A DNA stretch of 64,000 bases from Lama glama (lineage: Eukaryota): assembly GCA_028534125.1 (NCBI GenBank), contig CM052817.1, positions 34,474,001-34,538,000 on the forward strand, written 5' to 3'. Numbering within the stretch: the first letter of the stretch is position 1; the number at the start of each line of letters is the position of its first letter. The notes under the pieces are model-generated. The model did no database searches and was not told the origin of the DNA. It saw nothing but the letters and a program-made list of their open reading frames with translations. The translations under genes and the position numbers were made by a program. This document shows positions 13,735 through 27,227 of this stretch, one piece after another.

Positions 13735-16352
13735 TGAGCCACTGGGCATACGCGAAACTCTGCAGGCGCAGCAGAAGCCCTCCCCCAAGCGTTAATGGAA
13801 GCTGGTAAGTAGGAGACCTGCCCGATCCACTTTGCATTAGAGGAGTCTGGGCTCTGATTGTAGCTTTACAGAGTCAACATGCCCGAGGGTACCTCGCAGT
13901 TATACATCACAGTAACCATAACCGCCAAAACCTGAGAGAGACCGACTGAGCAGCGGTGCCTTCAGTAATGAGAGTGAAGTGCAGAGTCTTCAGGAGGCCC
14001 TGCGTGAGGATGGAGAAACGGGATGTGGAGTTTCCCTCAGTGGGGTTGAAGTTGGTCTTCAAGGTCTGGATATTTCCAGTGCTCAGTGAGCTTTCTCCTC
14101 AGGTTTGATTCCAGTGTATGTTCTTTCTCTGTTGCTATAGGACAATGCAAGGCCTCCGTGGCTCAAGGAATGACTTTAAAGGACTGCTTATTGACAGTCT
14201 TTCTCAATTTGTGAATTATTTATTGGCTCCAGCCAATCAGCCAGGATCTCCCCATCTAATTCCTCTGAGCTTAAGTCAGTCTTTCCTCCCTGAGCTTCCT
14301 GGCATCTTGGTGCTGCCCGTATCACAGTTTGAGCTGTCATTCCTGGAGAGCAGTCCTAGGTTTTCACCAAAAGGAACTTTCCAAAGCACCTTGGTAACCC
14401 ACTGTCTTGCAACCTGTTAGCATTATACGTCTTTCTTGGCGTTTTCTCTGCTGGCTGGACTCCAACGCCCACCCTACCTCCTATATAAACAGTCAAGGAA
14501 AGGCTGCCCAGACAGCCACAAAATAGCTTTTTGACACTTCTTTCCGAAGCTTTCTGAAACTTGTGAATTGCCCACCTGTCCTTCAAGAGATCATCTTCAG
14601 TCATTTGGGCAGTATGGGAACTGGTTTCAGGCACTCACTGAGAGAGAACACATGGGGCATTTGCCAGCTGCAGAGTCTGCTAGAAATGATGGGGGCTTGG
14701 GAGTCTGATGGGCCTGAGTCTGAATTCTGGCTCATTTAATAACTTCTCTGAGCCTCAGAAACTTTGTCTGGAATTAGGAACAGGTACTAATTTCAGAGTT
14801 TGCTGGTTGAAAAGAAAGTATGTCTCCTTGTCTTCAAAGTCTAAAGGGTCTGCCCCGAGTCACTTTCCATTACGTTGTTCTGTTATTTTTTTCTTCAGAG
14901 TACCATCTCTACCTGAAATTATCTTGGTTGTTGATTTTTTTTTAACTTGTTTCGTCTCTTGCTACTAGAATGTGAGTTCATGAGGGCTGAGATCTTACCT
15001 GACTTATCTACTGCTTTATCCCTCATGAGAGATGCCACGCTTAGTAAACACTCAATAAGTAACTAATGAACAAATGAATAATTAAATACTACACAGTCTA
15101 GACCCTCTGTAAATATGAGCCTTCCACCTGCGTCCCCTTTCCTGGATTGTAATCCGAATTTATTCTTACAAATCTCTTCCCTCATAGGTAATTTCTCTGC
15201 ATTCAGAGTAGGTCAGTTGGCGGTGGCTTGAATGCTCAGACACTTGCTTCAACTTTTGATCCTACAGTGACTTACTCTTAAAGCCCTCTGATTTAAAACT
15301 ATTTTCATGTTGTCTTTATTTTTAACTTATAAAAATAGAATTATTTAGTTAAGTGGCTAAGCCTAGTAAACATTAAGAGACTACAGTAGATTGTTTATAG
15401 AGAGCAAGTTTTTAAAAGAAATTAACATAGGTAGAGTTTGGTGGACTGTCATTAGCTGTCATCAGCTAAGTCCTGCCTCCAGGTTCATAATGGAATAGCT
15501 TGATCCTTGGTTCTCTTTCCTGAATCAACCTTGTAGGGGCTCCCTCTGGGCTCCAGAGCCTCAGACTCGTGCCTGTTGTCAATGGACAGCTTTGTTTCTT
15601 TAGTTGAGTCCCTGACTAGCCTGACTACTTCCTGATGAACATAGAGAAGTCCTTAATTTGCTCTTCTGACGCCAGTCCTTGGAAGACATGCCCTCTTTCC
15701 CATTAGCTGGAGAAGAAAGAGGAAGATGATACTTTGAGTATTTCTACTCCTGAAACAAAATCTCTGTGACTAGGCTCTCTAATCAGGAAGGGATATCGTT
15801 TTGGTTTTTATCTTGCAGTCTACATTCCTCCTCTTTTTGAGAAGCCCCCACCCTTAGCCTTCACTTCCAGTGATTTTCTTCACTGGCTGGAACCAGTCAA
15901 GTCAGCATTCAAGGTTCCCCTAGCAACAGCTCAAGGTGAGGTCCTTTAGGACATGTTTTTCTGACAGCAGACTACAAGAAAGAAGACCTAAAACCAGGCT
16001 TAGATGAAGATAATAAAGATGCAGAGTAGTCTCACTGCCAAGAGTGCACCACAAGGGAGGGAGACAGAGCTGACCTCTGTGCTTGAGGCACTGGAAGAAG
16101 GAGAAAAAGGACGTGTCGGTGTGGAATTCTCTGCCCGGGGCCACTGAAGTGCCCCTGGCCTAAGGAGCACACCTCCTTCCCCCACAGGGCCGGTGTTCTC
16201 CCCGTATTTGGGAAATTACATCTGGATGATTTTCTAGTCATAAAGAACGGAATAGGTAGATAAATGTGTTCTACTGACTGTACGATTTTTTAATTCTCCA
16301 AGTCTCTGAAATTTTGCAGCGTTGGCTAATAAGATAATTCTTATTTCTGTAG

Positions 16353-16487
16353 CCTATGTGATAGGGAAAAATCTCCTGATGCAAGCTCGGTGGTTCCATA
16401 TCCTCGGAATGATAATGTTCATCTGGTCATCTGTCCATCAGTATAAGTGCCACGTCATTCTTGGCAATCTCAGGAGAAATAAAGCAG
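16353..16487 (+). CDS. SRD5A3: SRD5A3 coding exon 4
   Basis: Acceptor ttatttctgtag|; [19 protein letters not shown]...[17 protein letters not shown]; donor G|gtgaga; 135 nt. Confidence 0.96.
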
Positions 16488-16894
16488 GTGAGACACCTTC
16501 TAAAGCCGCCACAGGTGGATTTTAGCCCTCAGAAGTTATTTATGCATATTCCTTCACTCTTTTCTTTCCTGCTCTAAGTAGTTGGCTAATCTATCAAATA
16601 CTCATTTTGACAGGAGTCTGGGTCTTGATCCTCCTGTCTGTAAAAGGAGAGCGTTTTACTGGAACGCTCTCTGGCCCCATCCAGCCCTGGCATTCTATGA
16701 CTATATCCTGTGCCCACGTTTGGGGGCCTACCCTGCATCCATGTGTCTACCCAGCATGTGAGCGCTAGTATACCATCTGAGTTGGTATCATTCCGGCGAA
16801 AGCAAAAAAACCTGACTTTTTAGTTAGCTCGTGTTGACTTACCACAGGCACGGTTTTTACTGGGCTTTTGAAATATGAAGCATGGAATAGTACT

Positions 16895-17125
16895 GTTAAC
16901 CATTTATCAAGTGCTTATTTTGTGCCAGCCGTGTTCTGAGGGCATTATATGTGACCTCACAGCACTCACTTGAGGAGGGTACAATCTTATTCTCATTTTA
17001 CAGATCAAGCATCTGAGGCACAGAGAGGTTAAGCAACTTATCTAAAGTTACACAGTTTATAAATGGTAAAGCTGAGTTTGAACTCAGCCTGAATTTGTAG
17101 TCTGGCTCTGGAGTCTGAGCTCTTA
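16895..17125 (-). mobile_element. MIR
   Basis: Core attttacagat...tgaggcacagagaggttaagcaactt. Confidence 0.75.
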
Positions 17126-17283
17126 ATTACTAGTTTGGAGGACCGTTGAAGAAGCGGGCTTTCCTTCGTGTTTATTTATAGTTGTTAGTGTAATCTAAGC
17201 ATGTGACTTTTTAATATCTGGTAGACTGACAGTGGAAGTATGAAGGATAGTGTTTTGCCCAGGTCTGTGACAGCCTTTTCTAA

Positions 17284-17634
<351 letters not shown>

Positions 17635-17964
17635 GATAACCTCAGTCGTGAAGAAGGTAAATCAGGTGACAGGTTCAATTCCTAAAGACAAGTCTAGAGA
17701 CCAAAGTACAGTTTCTGTGGAACTGTTTAAAACTCTCTGTTCCATTTCTGTACCCAAAAGTCTTCACTGAATGAGCAAAGCAATACCTCTCAAGACATTG
17801 AGTCTTCAAAGAAGAAATACTTCTGGCAGACCCGAAAGTGCTGTGTCTGCTTTCTGAGATGCGTTATAACACCAACCAAGTGCTAAAAAGTAGATGAGAC
17901 TTCTCCAAGCTGCTTCAGAAACAAACTAACCAAGACATACAGACAGCTTCAGACGTACACATAA

Positions 17965-17986
17965 ACACACACACACACACACACAC
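17965..17986. repeat. (AC)11 microsatellite in the presumed SRD5A3 3' UTR
   Basis: Directly visible, about 330 nt after the stop. Confidence 0.9.
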
Positions 17987-18922
17987 AAAGGAAGAGAGAA
18001 GGTTAACTGTGAACTATAGGGCAAGAAGTGTAGTGGGTGCTCAGTAAGTGCTTGTTGCATTTCAGTCAAAGCAGAATAGCCTTTAAAAATAACAACAATG
18101 TGTAATTGCACACAAGTGGATTCAGGGAAAAATGAGTTTGTTGGAGTTGGCTTATACTTTTACTTATTGCCACAAAGGCTTCCAGTTATGTAACCATCAG
18201 TAATCATTTCCCCCTCAAATCATAGCCTAACAAAAAGTTTGAAACCTCTTTTATTTAATACTTTTTTGACAGCTTTTTCAAGCAAGTACCTTAAAATATT
18301 TTTATATTTATGTCTAAAAAGCCTTCATGAGTGGAACTGAGTGACACTCCAGATTGGGTAGTGCTGTAGCCTCATTCATATGTTGTTATTCACATTGGAT
18401 TAATGTCTGTCTGGGTTTCTTTTAACTAATAGAATGGATCCAAAGATATTTTCAACTAAAGTTTACACTTAAAATAGCCTATGTTAAAGAAAATGCCCAT
18501 GATCAAGTCAAGTGGATATAAATGCATGGTGTGAAAGTAGAAAATAATGCCGTAGCCTGAGCATCACAGTAAAAACTGCATATTCATGCAGCATAAGATT
18601 TACTGGCTGATTGGCTGAGGTGTTAAATTTGTTCCTTTTATGTAGATGTCTTCTTATAGTGTACTGGGTACTAAGGGTTTGCACTAAGATGTACCATGCT
18701 CTGGGGGAAAGAACCTTGTTACTAACCAGGCCCATATGGAATGCAGTCTAAGAATATCCCCCCACCCCCATCCCTGGAGGGGTAAACCAAAGCTGTTAAA
18801 CAGACCCTTTTAATCTGAATTGCAATATATGTGTATCAGCGCTTATTGTGAAGTTCTTACAATTCTGATGTAGACTTTTCTCCCTCAACAATCAAATACC
18901 ACTTCCATCAGCTGCTCATTCA

Positions 18923-18928
18923 AATAAA
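18923..18928 (+). terminator. Candidate SRD5A3 polyadenylation signal
   Basis: First AATAAA I found after the stop; ATTAAA alternatives at 19174 and 20109; usage unknown. Confidence 0.4.
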
Positions 18929-19785
18929 TGACATACTCATTTCATTTAATTATTTAGATTTGCCATCCTCAGGACCAAGACTCAGGAACAAAATTCTCTA
19001 CACTAGAATTGTGAAGCATTTTACTTTTTGGTCTTAATCTCCGCATGAATGGCATAAATGATTTTTAGTAGCATATTATTGGGAGAGAAAAATGTATTTT
19101 GCTTTTACATGCAATTTTATACTAGGTTAGACTAGGAATTTGGCTGCTGTTCTGGAATTTCATTGTACTTTTAATTAAAATAATGAGCATCCCCTGTGAA
19201 GAATCCTGTCGGGCCGTGAGAGAGCGTTCCCAGCTTGCCTCGCAGTCCCTCACACACTTCTGTCTCCTGCTCTCCCTTCCCCCTCCTTGCCCAAACACTG
19301 CGTTTTTAGGTGAATACAAAACAAAAGAAATAGTGATGTCCTCAAAGGGGCTCAGAAGAAAGTCGTGTGGTCTTTGATGAAAGCTCAGCCACGGGGTATA
19401 ATTGAAAACTGTGCTGTGCTTGCAAGATCACAGGCAGCATTGCTCTTTGTGTTAGTGAAAATATTCCATGTGCCTAAAGGGAGAGCACCAGAGAGTTTGC
19501 AAATTCTTCTCATGGATAATCCAGAAATAGCTTGGGGGTGGAGATTCTTGATTTTCCTATTGGCTTAGTTCTTAAGCTTTAATCTTTCATTTTCTGTTAC
19601 TATTAAGTTTGGGGAGGTGATACTGATTTCCCATAACAGCGTTGCCTGGATTAACTACTGACTGTAAAAGTGCTGAAAATAGCCTTTGTTTTTAAGTCTC
19701 CAAGTTGTAGCTCATCCTCTTTACTAACATTTGCTTTCAGTTAGCATGGATTATTTTACCTCTGCAAAGCTTTGTTCTATATTAT

Positions 19786-19921
19786 GTTTTTATTATTTGT
19801 TTTTTTGAGGGGGGGTAATTAAGTTTAATAATTTGTTTATTTTAATGGAAATACTGGGGACTGAACCCAGGACCTCACACTTGCTAAACACACACTCTGC
19901 CACTGAGCTATACCCTCCCTC
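19786..19921 (-). mobile_element. tRNA-derived SINE (camelid Vic-1-like)
   Basis: Minus strand reads gggagggtatagctcagtggcagag...ggtcctgggttcagtccccag with an A-rich tail; TSD tgttctRtattat at 19773-19785 and 19922-19934. Confidence 0.88.
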
Positions 19922-20262
19922 TGTTCTGTATTATATTTTTAATTCAATGAGTGGTTATTGCTAGAGTTCCTACCCCCCAAAAAAAGCCTTTGCTAGTATT
20001 TTATATGAAGCTTAATAGTTTAAAGAGACTGTAAATATCTGCATAACTAAAGTTACCTGAGAACTCAAGGAGCATTCATAAGCAGTGTATCTCAAAATGA
20101 ATTGGTACATTAAAGGAGATCTTGAAATAGTAAATGAACAAGTAGAAATCTTTTACACCGACCTAAGCAATTTCTGTCCACTTGCCCACATTGTTTATCA
20201 GAAAAAAATACTCAGCTGATTTTTGTTAGGTGTCTTATATTAGTCTAACCTAAGATTTTTCT

Positions 20263-20379
20263 TTTTGGGGGGGAGGTGGTAATGAGGTTTATTTATTTAT
20301 TTATTCTAATGGAGGTACTAGGGATGGAACCCAGGACCTCGTGCATGCTAGGTGTGCACTCTGCCACTCTACCCTCCCC
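20263..20379 (-). mobile_element. tRNA-derived SINE (camelid Vic-1-like) with a small deletion in the A-box region
   Basis: Same family as 19786 and 22756; perfect 18-bp TSD ctaacctaagatttttct at 20245-20262 and 20380-20397. Confidence 0.9.
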
Positions 20380-22139
20380 CTAACCTAAGATTTTTCTGAT
20401 GGACAAAAAACAGTGGATGTGGCAGTGATCCCTAAATAATTCACATGATGCATTCTTCATCCTTTTTTTCAAATACCAGTGGCCTAGAAAGCCATGTATT
20501 GGCTTTGGGGAAAGCAAAATGTAATTATCCAAATAACTTATAAAAAGCTACTCTTTGCACATAATTGAGAAATATCAGGTCTCTTTCTTCAAAAGAACAT
20601 TCGAAGTACTTAGAAGACAAAAGAATACAAGGGGTTTCTCTAGAAAACACAAATCTGCCCCTCTGGGTAAAACCTCATAGCACATGTGCAGTTTTTATCA
20701 GGGCCCCCGGCCTACGTGGCATCTTGCTGTGCTTTAGGAAAATTGTTACTCTAGGAACATCCCCGTGAGAACAGAAATGAACCTTTGTGGGCACAAAAGG
20801 CAGCTGGTGATGGGGCTGCAGCTCAATGAGTACAGCTTGAGCTGGATCTCAGCCCACTCACCCTTCAGACTGCTTTCCCTTGTGCAGTGCACAAACCGTA
20901 CAACCTTCCACGGAGACCCTGCTCATCGTGCTGCCTGTCTGCAGATTCTGTTCACTCTTGAAGAAAACAAGACTTGATCACATGGAATTATCTCATTGAG
21001 AAAGATAAGAATAAAGTAGGAGAAGGGGGAAGTAACTCCACAAAACATCTGTACTTCCACGCACAAAAAGAGGAGTTCGGTGGTTAGCAGGTAAGTGACC
21101 CTTAAACAACAGAATGTCTGTTCAAACACTGGGATGCCAGCCCCAGGTGGAGAAATTTTGCTTCTCTGACTTTCCAGCTTATTATTCTAGTACAGTAGCT
21201 CCAACAGTCTTTCTACCTCATTGGGACCTTCAGTCTATTGATGTCAAGACATGGCTATTATCCTTCACCTCTCCTGAATTTTTTCTTATCTCCTTAACCC
21301 TGCTTAAATTGCAAGTGAATCACTCTAATTCATCCCTTTGTATATATCCCCAACTCTCTGTCCTCCCCACATTGCTTCTTCCTGCTGATTTCGCCAAGGC
21401 ACACCCCTGGTTAAATTCAACCCTCCTTCCTTTGCGTGTGCATCTGTGCAGCTGGACTATGGCAGGAGAAATATAGTCCACAGACAGCCCCCTTCAAATC
21501 CAGGGCCGCTGACCTCAAGGGGTCCTCACTGCTGCGGTCATGCTAACATCCCTAGTCCATTCACTCTCTCAATGCTATTATGCCACATCTCTGTCCTCAG
21601 GGAAGTGAAGCTGTTGGAAGAGAACTTCCACAGGTTACCACCGCCACCTCCACGCAGCTAAGCATCTGCCCGTATGTGCGGTCTGCCATCACTATTGCTG
21701 AAGGATACTTTTTTTTTAAAGGATGTAAAATGATTCTCGTACAAATGTAAAACGAACATATACCCAAGATTTTATTGAGCTCATTAATTAATGAAGGAAC
21801 CAGTGAGATGTTGGAAGCAGTTCTAAGAAGAATTTCAAAGAGCAGCATATAGGGATAATGAGGCATGCCAAAAGGAATTTGCTTAATAAATGCAAACTAG
21901 CTTCAGTAGTTGGGGAGGGAAATCAATTGTGCTTCCATTGGACAAAATTCTTTTGTATATATATGGAAAAGAATTTTTTGCATTCCTACCAACTGTGACT
22001 TACAAAGTTGCAAAATAGCTCAAAGGCAGGGTGCAGGGTAGCCTGAAGTGTGTGCTAGACAGGGTACCAGTAATATTCTTTGCTCATCTCAAAGTCATTT
22101 ATAATTTTTTCCTGAAACCACAGTCTCTCTGGATTTCTG

Positions 22140-22755
22140 CCCAAACCTAGGCCCTCTCCTTAGGCACTAGATTCTACCTAGGGACATTGGTTTGCCATTC
22201 TTCCTCCTAAAGATCATCAAATTTTCTGCCCTTTCTTGATTTTCCCATCAGCAGACAAATACCTTTTTAAAACCTAATCCTACTTCCTTCACCAGATACC
22301 ACCTGGTTTTTCTAGTGCCTTTGCAGCAAAACTGGAAAGATTTATTTGATTCTTACTAGCTCAGTGCTTTTCCTCTCACTGCTAACCCACTCCAGTCACT
22401 GTCTAGGCCTCACAGCTCCACCGACACTGCCCTGGAAAAGTCTCCAGCAGCCATGCTAAGTCCCATGGCGGCTTCTCAGGATCCATACAAACGCAGCGCC
22501 AGCGACCAGTCACTTCACCTTATACGTTAACTGACTCCAGCGCGCCACACACTCTGGGCTTTCCTCCTGCTTCCCTGGCCGTTCTTCCCAGGTTTCTCTG
22601 CTGATGGCTTCTCTTTATCCTGACTCCTGAACATAAGAAAATGCCAGTTCCCAGTTCCTACTCCTTCTCTGTCAATGGATGGTGACCTCATCCAGTCTCA
22701 TGACTTTAAATACTGTTTATATACAGACAACTTCTAAATATACATATCCAGTCTA
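22140..22755 (+). mobile_element. L2 fragment
   Basis: taacccactccagtc, ccacacactctgggctttcctcctgcttccctggcc and ggtgacctcatccagtctcatgactttaaatac are L2 motifs. Confidence 0.65.
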
Positions 22756-22887
22756 GGGGGAGAGTATAGCTCAAGTGGTAGGGCTCATGCTCAGCATGCA
22801 CAAGGTCCTGAGTTCTAATCCCCAGCACCTCCATTAAATAAATAGACCTAATTACCTCCTCCACTCCCCCCACCAAAAAAAAAAAAA
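22756..22887 (+). mobile_element. tRNA-derived SINE (camelid Vic-1-like)
   Basis: gggggagagtatagctcaagtggtag (A box)...ggtcctgagttctaatcccc (B box-like), C-rich linker, poly-A tail. Confidence 0.9.
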
Positions 22888-24684
22888 CCAGCCACAATCA
22901 TGATTTATATGCTTTAATATTTTTCCCTTCTAGGAGCAGCTTTCCAGTTTGTCAAGTTGTTAAGTTTTGTTGTTGTTGTTGTTTTTTATGTAAGAGGGAC
23001 ATAGCCTCTTAATTCAGATGAATTTTATTTGCATTCCCTGGATTGCATTCTCTGGAATGTGTGGTAATTTAGAATCAGAAGCGCCTGATAGTATAAGGGT
23101 GTGTCAGAGTGAATAAGTAACATCTGAGTATGCCATTTTTGGCATGGATACTAATAAATTTTACTTCCTCATAGAATGTAGAATTATCAAGATCAACAGG
23201 AATTTGCAGTCATGGATTGACATTAACTCTAGTTAGTAGAGGTTGGGAAAGATCCTGGCTGCCTGTAGACCGAGCACTTACTGCAGCTTCCCTGCAGAAT
23301 CCAAGCCTGCCTTCCATTTTCATGACTCAACAAGGTCTGTTTTTATTACCATAAAATTCAAACTTTTATATAGCAAGTGGCACAAGAGAGCCCTGAGGGC
23401 AAGTACTTCTGCTACTTGATGGAGCAGCAGCACCCTGATTTGCCCACCCTAGGAGACAGTTTTTACTGAGAAGTTACAGGCAAAATTATAGTTTGCTCCT
23501 TCCATTCAGCATCTCCCATTGCTGATTAGATTTCATGAGTCAGCAGTCTTTCATAGTTAGATTTACAAAATCACCTTTGGAAATTCAGGGTAAAGAATAA
23601 TGCCATCTTAATCTTGGGCCTAGAAAAGAATTAAGTCCTCTCTGGAAACAAAGAAGAAAAAAATGGAAGTCAGTTATGAGAGTTTCTCTCAGTCCGGGCG
23701 AAGGCAGAAAGGCTCCTGCCAAGCTCAGGAATTTTACGTGCAGGCCCATTTGGAGAAGGGGTACAGGAAACACCTTGCTTACTAACGATGTTCCTCGTCC
23801 TGGATCAGAGTTTTTGCACTGACTTTGATCAGTTCAGTGCCTTATATAAAAAGATCACAGATCTGTGTCCAGGTCTTTACATGTTACCGCTCTGAAAAAC
23901 AGAAGAATAGCAACTTATTTATTCAACTGAATTTATCTAACATCTGCCTTATGCAAAGCACGGAGGTAGGCTCTGTGGCGCACACAGGGTTACGTGAGAC
24001 AAGATTCCTGCTCTCAGGGAGCACACATTTCAGTATGAAGATGACACAGATTTATCAATCTCTGTTACCTTAAGTTAAGGTCATGGAGGAAATCCATCAT
24101 TGTCATCATGTCCCCTTCACCTCATGTTGTCTTCCTTACAGTTCAAATCCTGACGCTCGATAGACTGTAGGACCATATGCAGCTTGGTGAGCGTGCGAGC
24201 TGTGTAGTCTCACGGGGCCCTGCTCTCAGGAAGGCCTCACACATGGTTTAATCTTCTGCTGTTGCTGCCTCAAAAATCTTAATAATTTTATTTTTGTACT
24301 TGTGTTCAGTAAGTGACAACTCATGGGACAATGGAATATGCACATGAGCAGTGGAAGCACAACCAGAGGTGATGCGTACATGTGTGCAGAGGGCTGGGCA
24401 GCGCAGGTAACCCAGCAGGCACATGCATGCCTCAGAACAGGGCAGGGCGCAGCCGGGCAGCACCTGGGCCTGCACGGCGGCGGGGTACGGTGACAGCAAC
24501 AGCAAAAGCAGAGGCAGCAGTTGTGGCAGCCCTGGCTCCGCAGACCAGACGGGGAGGGGCCCTGCATGGGGACAGCACCAGGGCCTGCATTGGGACACCA
24601 GCTTGCCAATCCCTGTCATCAGCACCAGTTTCAGCTTCCCAGCCTGACACTGGGACTGGAGCTGCTGGCAGTCAGGCAGCAAAC

Positions 24685-25089
24685 TGTTGTTTACCTATTT
24701 TATATATAGCAGTTAATTAGTATCTGCAAATTTCAAATGCCCAATTTATCCCTTCCCACCCTCTTCCCCCTCCTAACCATAAGTTTGTTTTTTATGTCTA
24801 TCTGTTTCTGTTTTATAAATTTGTTCATTTATGTCTTTTTTTTTTTTTTTAGATTCTACATATGAGTGATATCGTATGGTATTTGTCTTTCTCTTTCTGG
24901 CTTACTTCACTTAGAATGATGATCTCCAGGTCCATCCATGTTGCAGCAAATGGCATTATTTTCATTTTAATGGCTGAGTAGTATTCCCTTGTATAAATAT
25001 ACCATGGCTTCTTTATCCAGTCATCTGTCAATGGACACTTAGGTTGCTTCCATGTTTTCACTATTGTAAATAGTGCTGCTGTGAACATT
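24685..25089 (-). mobile_element. L1 fragment (ORF2 C-terminus plus part of the 3' UTR)
   Basis: ORF 24849-25157(-) contains MFTAALFTIVKTWKQPKCP...MPFAATWMDLEIIILSEVSQKEKDKYH. Confidence 0.92.
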
Positions 25090-25210
25090 AGAATTCTTAA
25101 AGGGTTTAGAATCTCTAGTTTTGAAAACTGCTGCAACATCGTAAAGCAAATAACCACAGAAATAGAAATTAAATATAAAGATCATCACATTCTACAGAAA
25201 AGAACACTAT

Positions 25211-25681
25211 AAAGAAGATGTGGTATATAGACAATGGAATATTACTTAGCCATAAAAAGAATGAAAGTTTGCCATTTGCAACATGGACGGACTTGGAGGG
25301 TGTTCTACTTAGCAGAATAAGTCAGAGAAGGACAAATACTGAATGTTATCGCTTATATGTGGAATCTAAAAAGTAAAAGAAACAAATGAATACAACAAAA
25401 CAGAAACAGACTCACAAACACAGGGAACAAACTAGTGGTGACCAGTGAGGAGAGGGGTGGGAGGAGGAGCAATGTATGGGTAGGGGATTAAGAGATACAA
25501 ACTACTAGGAATAAAATAAAGAAGATACAAGGATGTGATGTACAGCAGAGCAAATATAGCCAATATTTTATAATAACTTTATATAGACTATAATCTATAA
25601 AGATATCGAATCACTCTGTTGTACACCCGAAACTAATAGAATATTAAGTTACTGAAGTCAACTATACTTCAATTTTTAAAA
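25211..25681 (+). mobile_element. 5'-truncated L1 3' end
   Basis: aagaagatgtggtatat...gccatttgcaacatggacggacttggaggg...caactatacttcaat; TSD core aacactat at 25203-25210 and 25682-25689. Confidence 0.9.
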
Positions 25682-27076
25682 AACACTATTTTCATATGAA
25701 GGTTTGAATGAATCAGTTGTTAATAAGAAAGGCAATTAAATTTTTTTCCTTGTAATTGAAGACAGAATGACAGAAAGCATAAACTGGCCTTTTGAATTGT
25801 ACTCAAATCATGAAGTCAATTTCCATTGCTTATAAAACCTCCATAAATTTCAGGAAACATTTCGTCATGTCTGAGGAAACATTAAAATGCTGTTATATAA
25901 TTTTATACTTAAAATCAAATTTAGACTTACATAAAGCTAATTTGTATGAAAAATTAAATCTGTCTAGGAAAATATTTCTACAAGAATCAACACTAGAAGT
26001 ACTAAAATTTATTTTTCAAAATAAGTAAGTAGAAATTTATGTTAGTGTTGTCACAGCTTGTAATATATTCACAGTTGTATCAGCAGAAAGATCCTTTTCA
26101 AAATGAAAACAATCAAAATTTATTTGTGATCTTGCATTTGCTAAGAGTGACTGATGTTAGCTTTCAGTCATGTCTACTGAAAAAGAAACTGTGTGAAATG
26201 AATTTCTTACCTTCTGAAAATGAAAATAAAATGATAAGTATCAATCTTAATGAATTTGCAGGCAGGTGAGCCAGAAAATTTTCATCGTCAATCAAAATAT
26301 CACATTAATAGACTATTGTTGTTTATTGCATTATATAGAATTATGGCCCCCCAAATATTATTTTTGTGGTTTTTAAGTTCATTGAGTTACCTATGTATCA
26401 CTATTACCCCTATTACATTAGTACCTTTAACTGTACTTTTTTTTCCTGCTTTTGAACAGGGGTCCCAGATTTTCATTTTGCACTGGGCCCAACAAATTAT
26501 GTCGGCAGCCCTGGTCAGGTAAGAGTATGACAGATTTTCATCACAAGCCATTATTGAAGACAGTTTGTGACTGTGAACACTTAAGAAGTATATAAGAGAG
26601 TAAGAAATGCAAGAAAATGTATGTTCTTAATGTGTTCCATACAGAATGCGTTAGCTAGTAAGCATTTCATCTATATTAAGAGTAAAATATTGTCATTCTG
26701 TGAGCCAAAGAGCAGAATTTGGCATAAGGAAAAAAAAATCTGTATTTGATTCAAAATAGATGTCACAAAAGAACAATTTGGGATAATGCTTCCAGTGGGT
26801 TGGCATCCTCATTAAAATTACATTTTTTGCCATTCAAAGCATGAGTTTAATGGGGATAAACATACATTCAAATGAGGGTCAAACTGAGATACTTTATAAG
26901 GAGTAAGCCATCAGATTGTCTTATCAGCATTCTGTGATTTTCAAGCACGGAGAGCCATTTTTCCAAATATCAGACAAACAGCACCACAATATGAGCTCCC
27001 CTTCTATTCTTGGCTTCTTCAGAACTGACAACTTCCAATGGACTTCACTGTAGATACAAAATCACAATAGAGATGA

Positions 27077-27227
27077 CTTACAGTATAGCACAGGGAACTA
27101 TACTCAGTAGCTTATAATAGCCTATAACAAAAAAGAATATATATATGTGTAGCTGAATCACTATGTTGTACACCAGAAACTAATATAATATTGTAAATCA
27201 ACTATACTTCAAGAAAAGAAAAGAAAA
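27077..27227 (+). mobile_element. L1 3' end fragment
   Basis: acagtatagcacagggaactatactcagta...gttgtacaccagaaactaa...caactatacttcaa with an A-rich tail. Confidence 0.85.

Larger units (their letters stand above)
24168..26513 (+). mobile_element. Long MER45-family hAT-Tip100 DNA transposon interrupted by two L1 fragments
   Basis: 5' end gcgtgcgagctgtgtagtctcacggggccctgctctcag...ggtttaatcttctgctg; 3' end tttgaacaggggtcccagattttcattttgcactgggcccaacaaattatgtcggcagccctg; both match recalled MER45 termini; about 1.45 kb after removing the L1s (MER45R-like length). Confidence 0.75.

Noticed and set aside
22756..22835. tRNA-like sequence with A/B boxes (also at 19786 and 20263)
   Set aside because: These are SINE heads: poly-A tails, TSDs on two copies, and degenerate stems.
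24226..24720. Cluster of Cys/Ala-rich ORFs
   Set aside because: They lie inside the GC-rich part of a MER45-family transposon.
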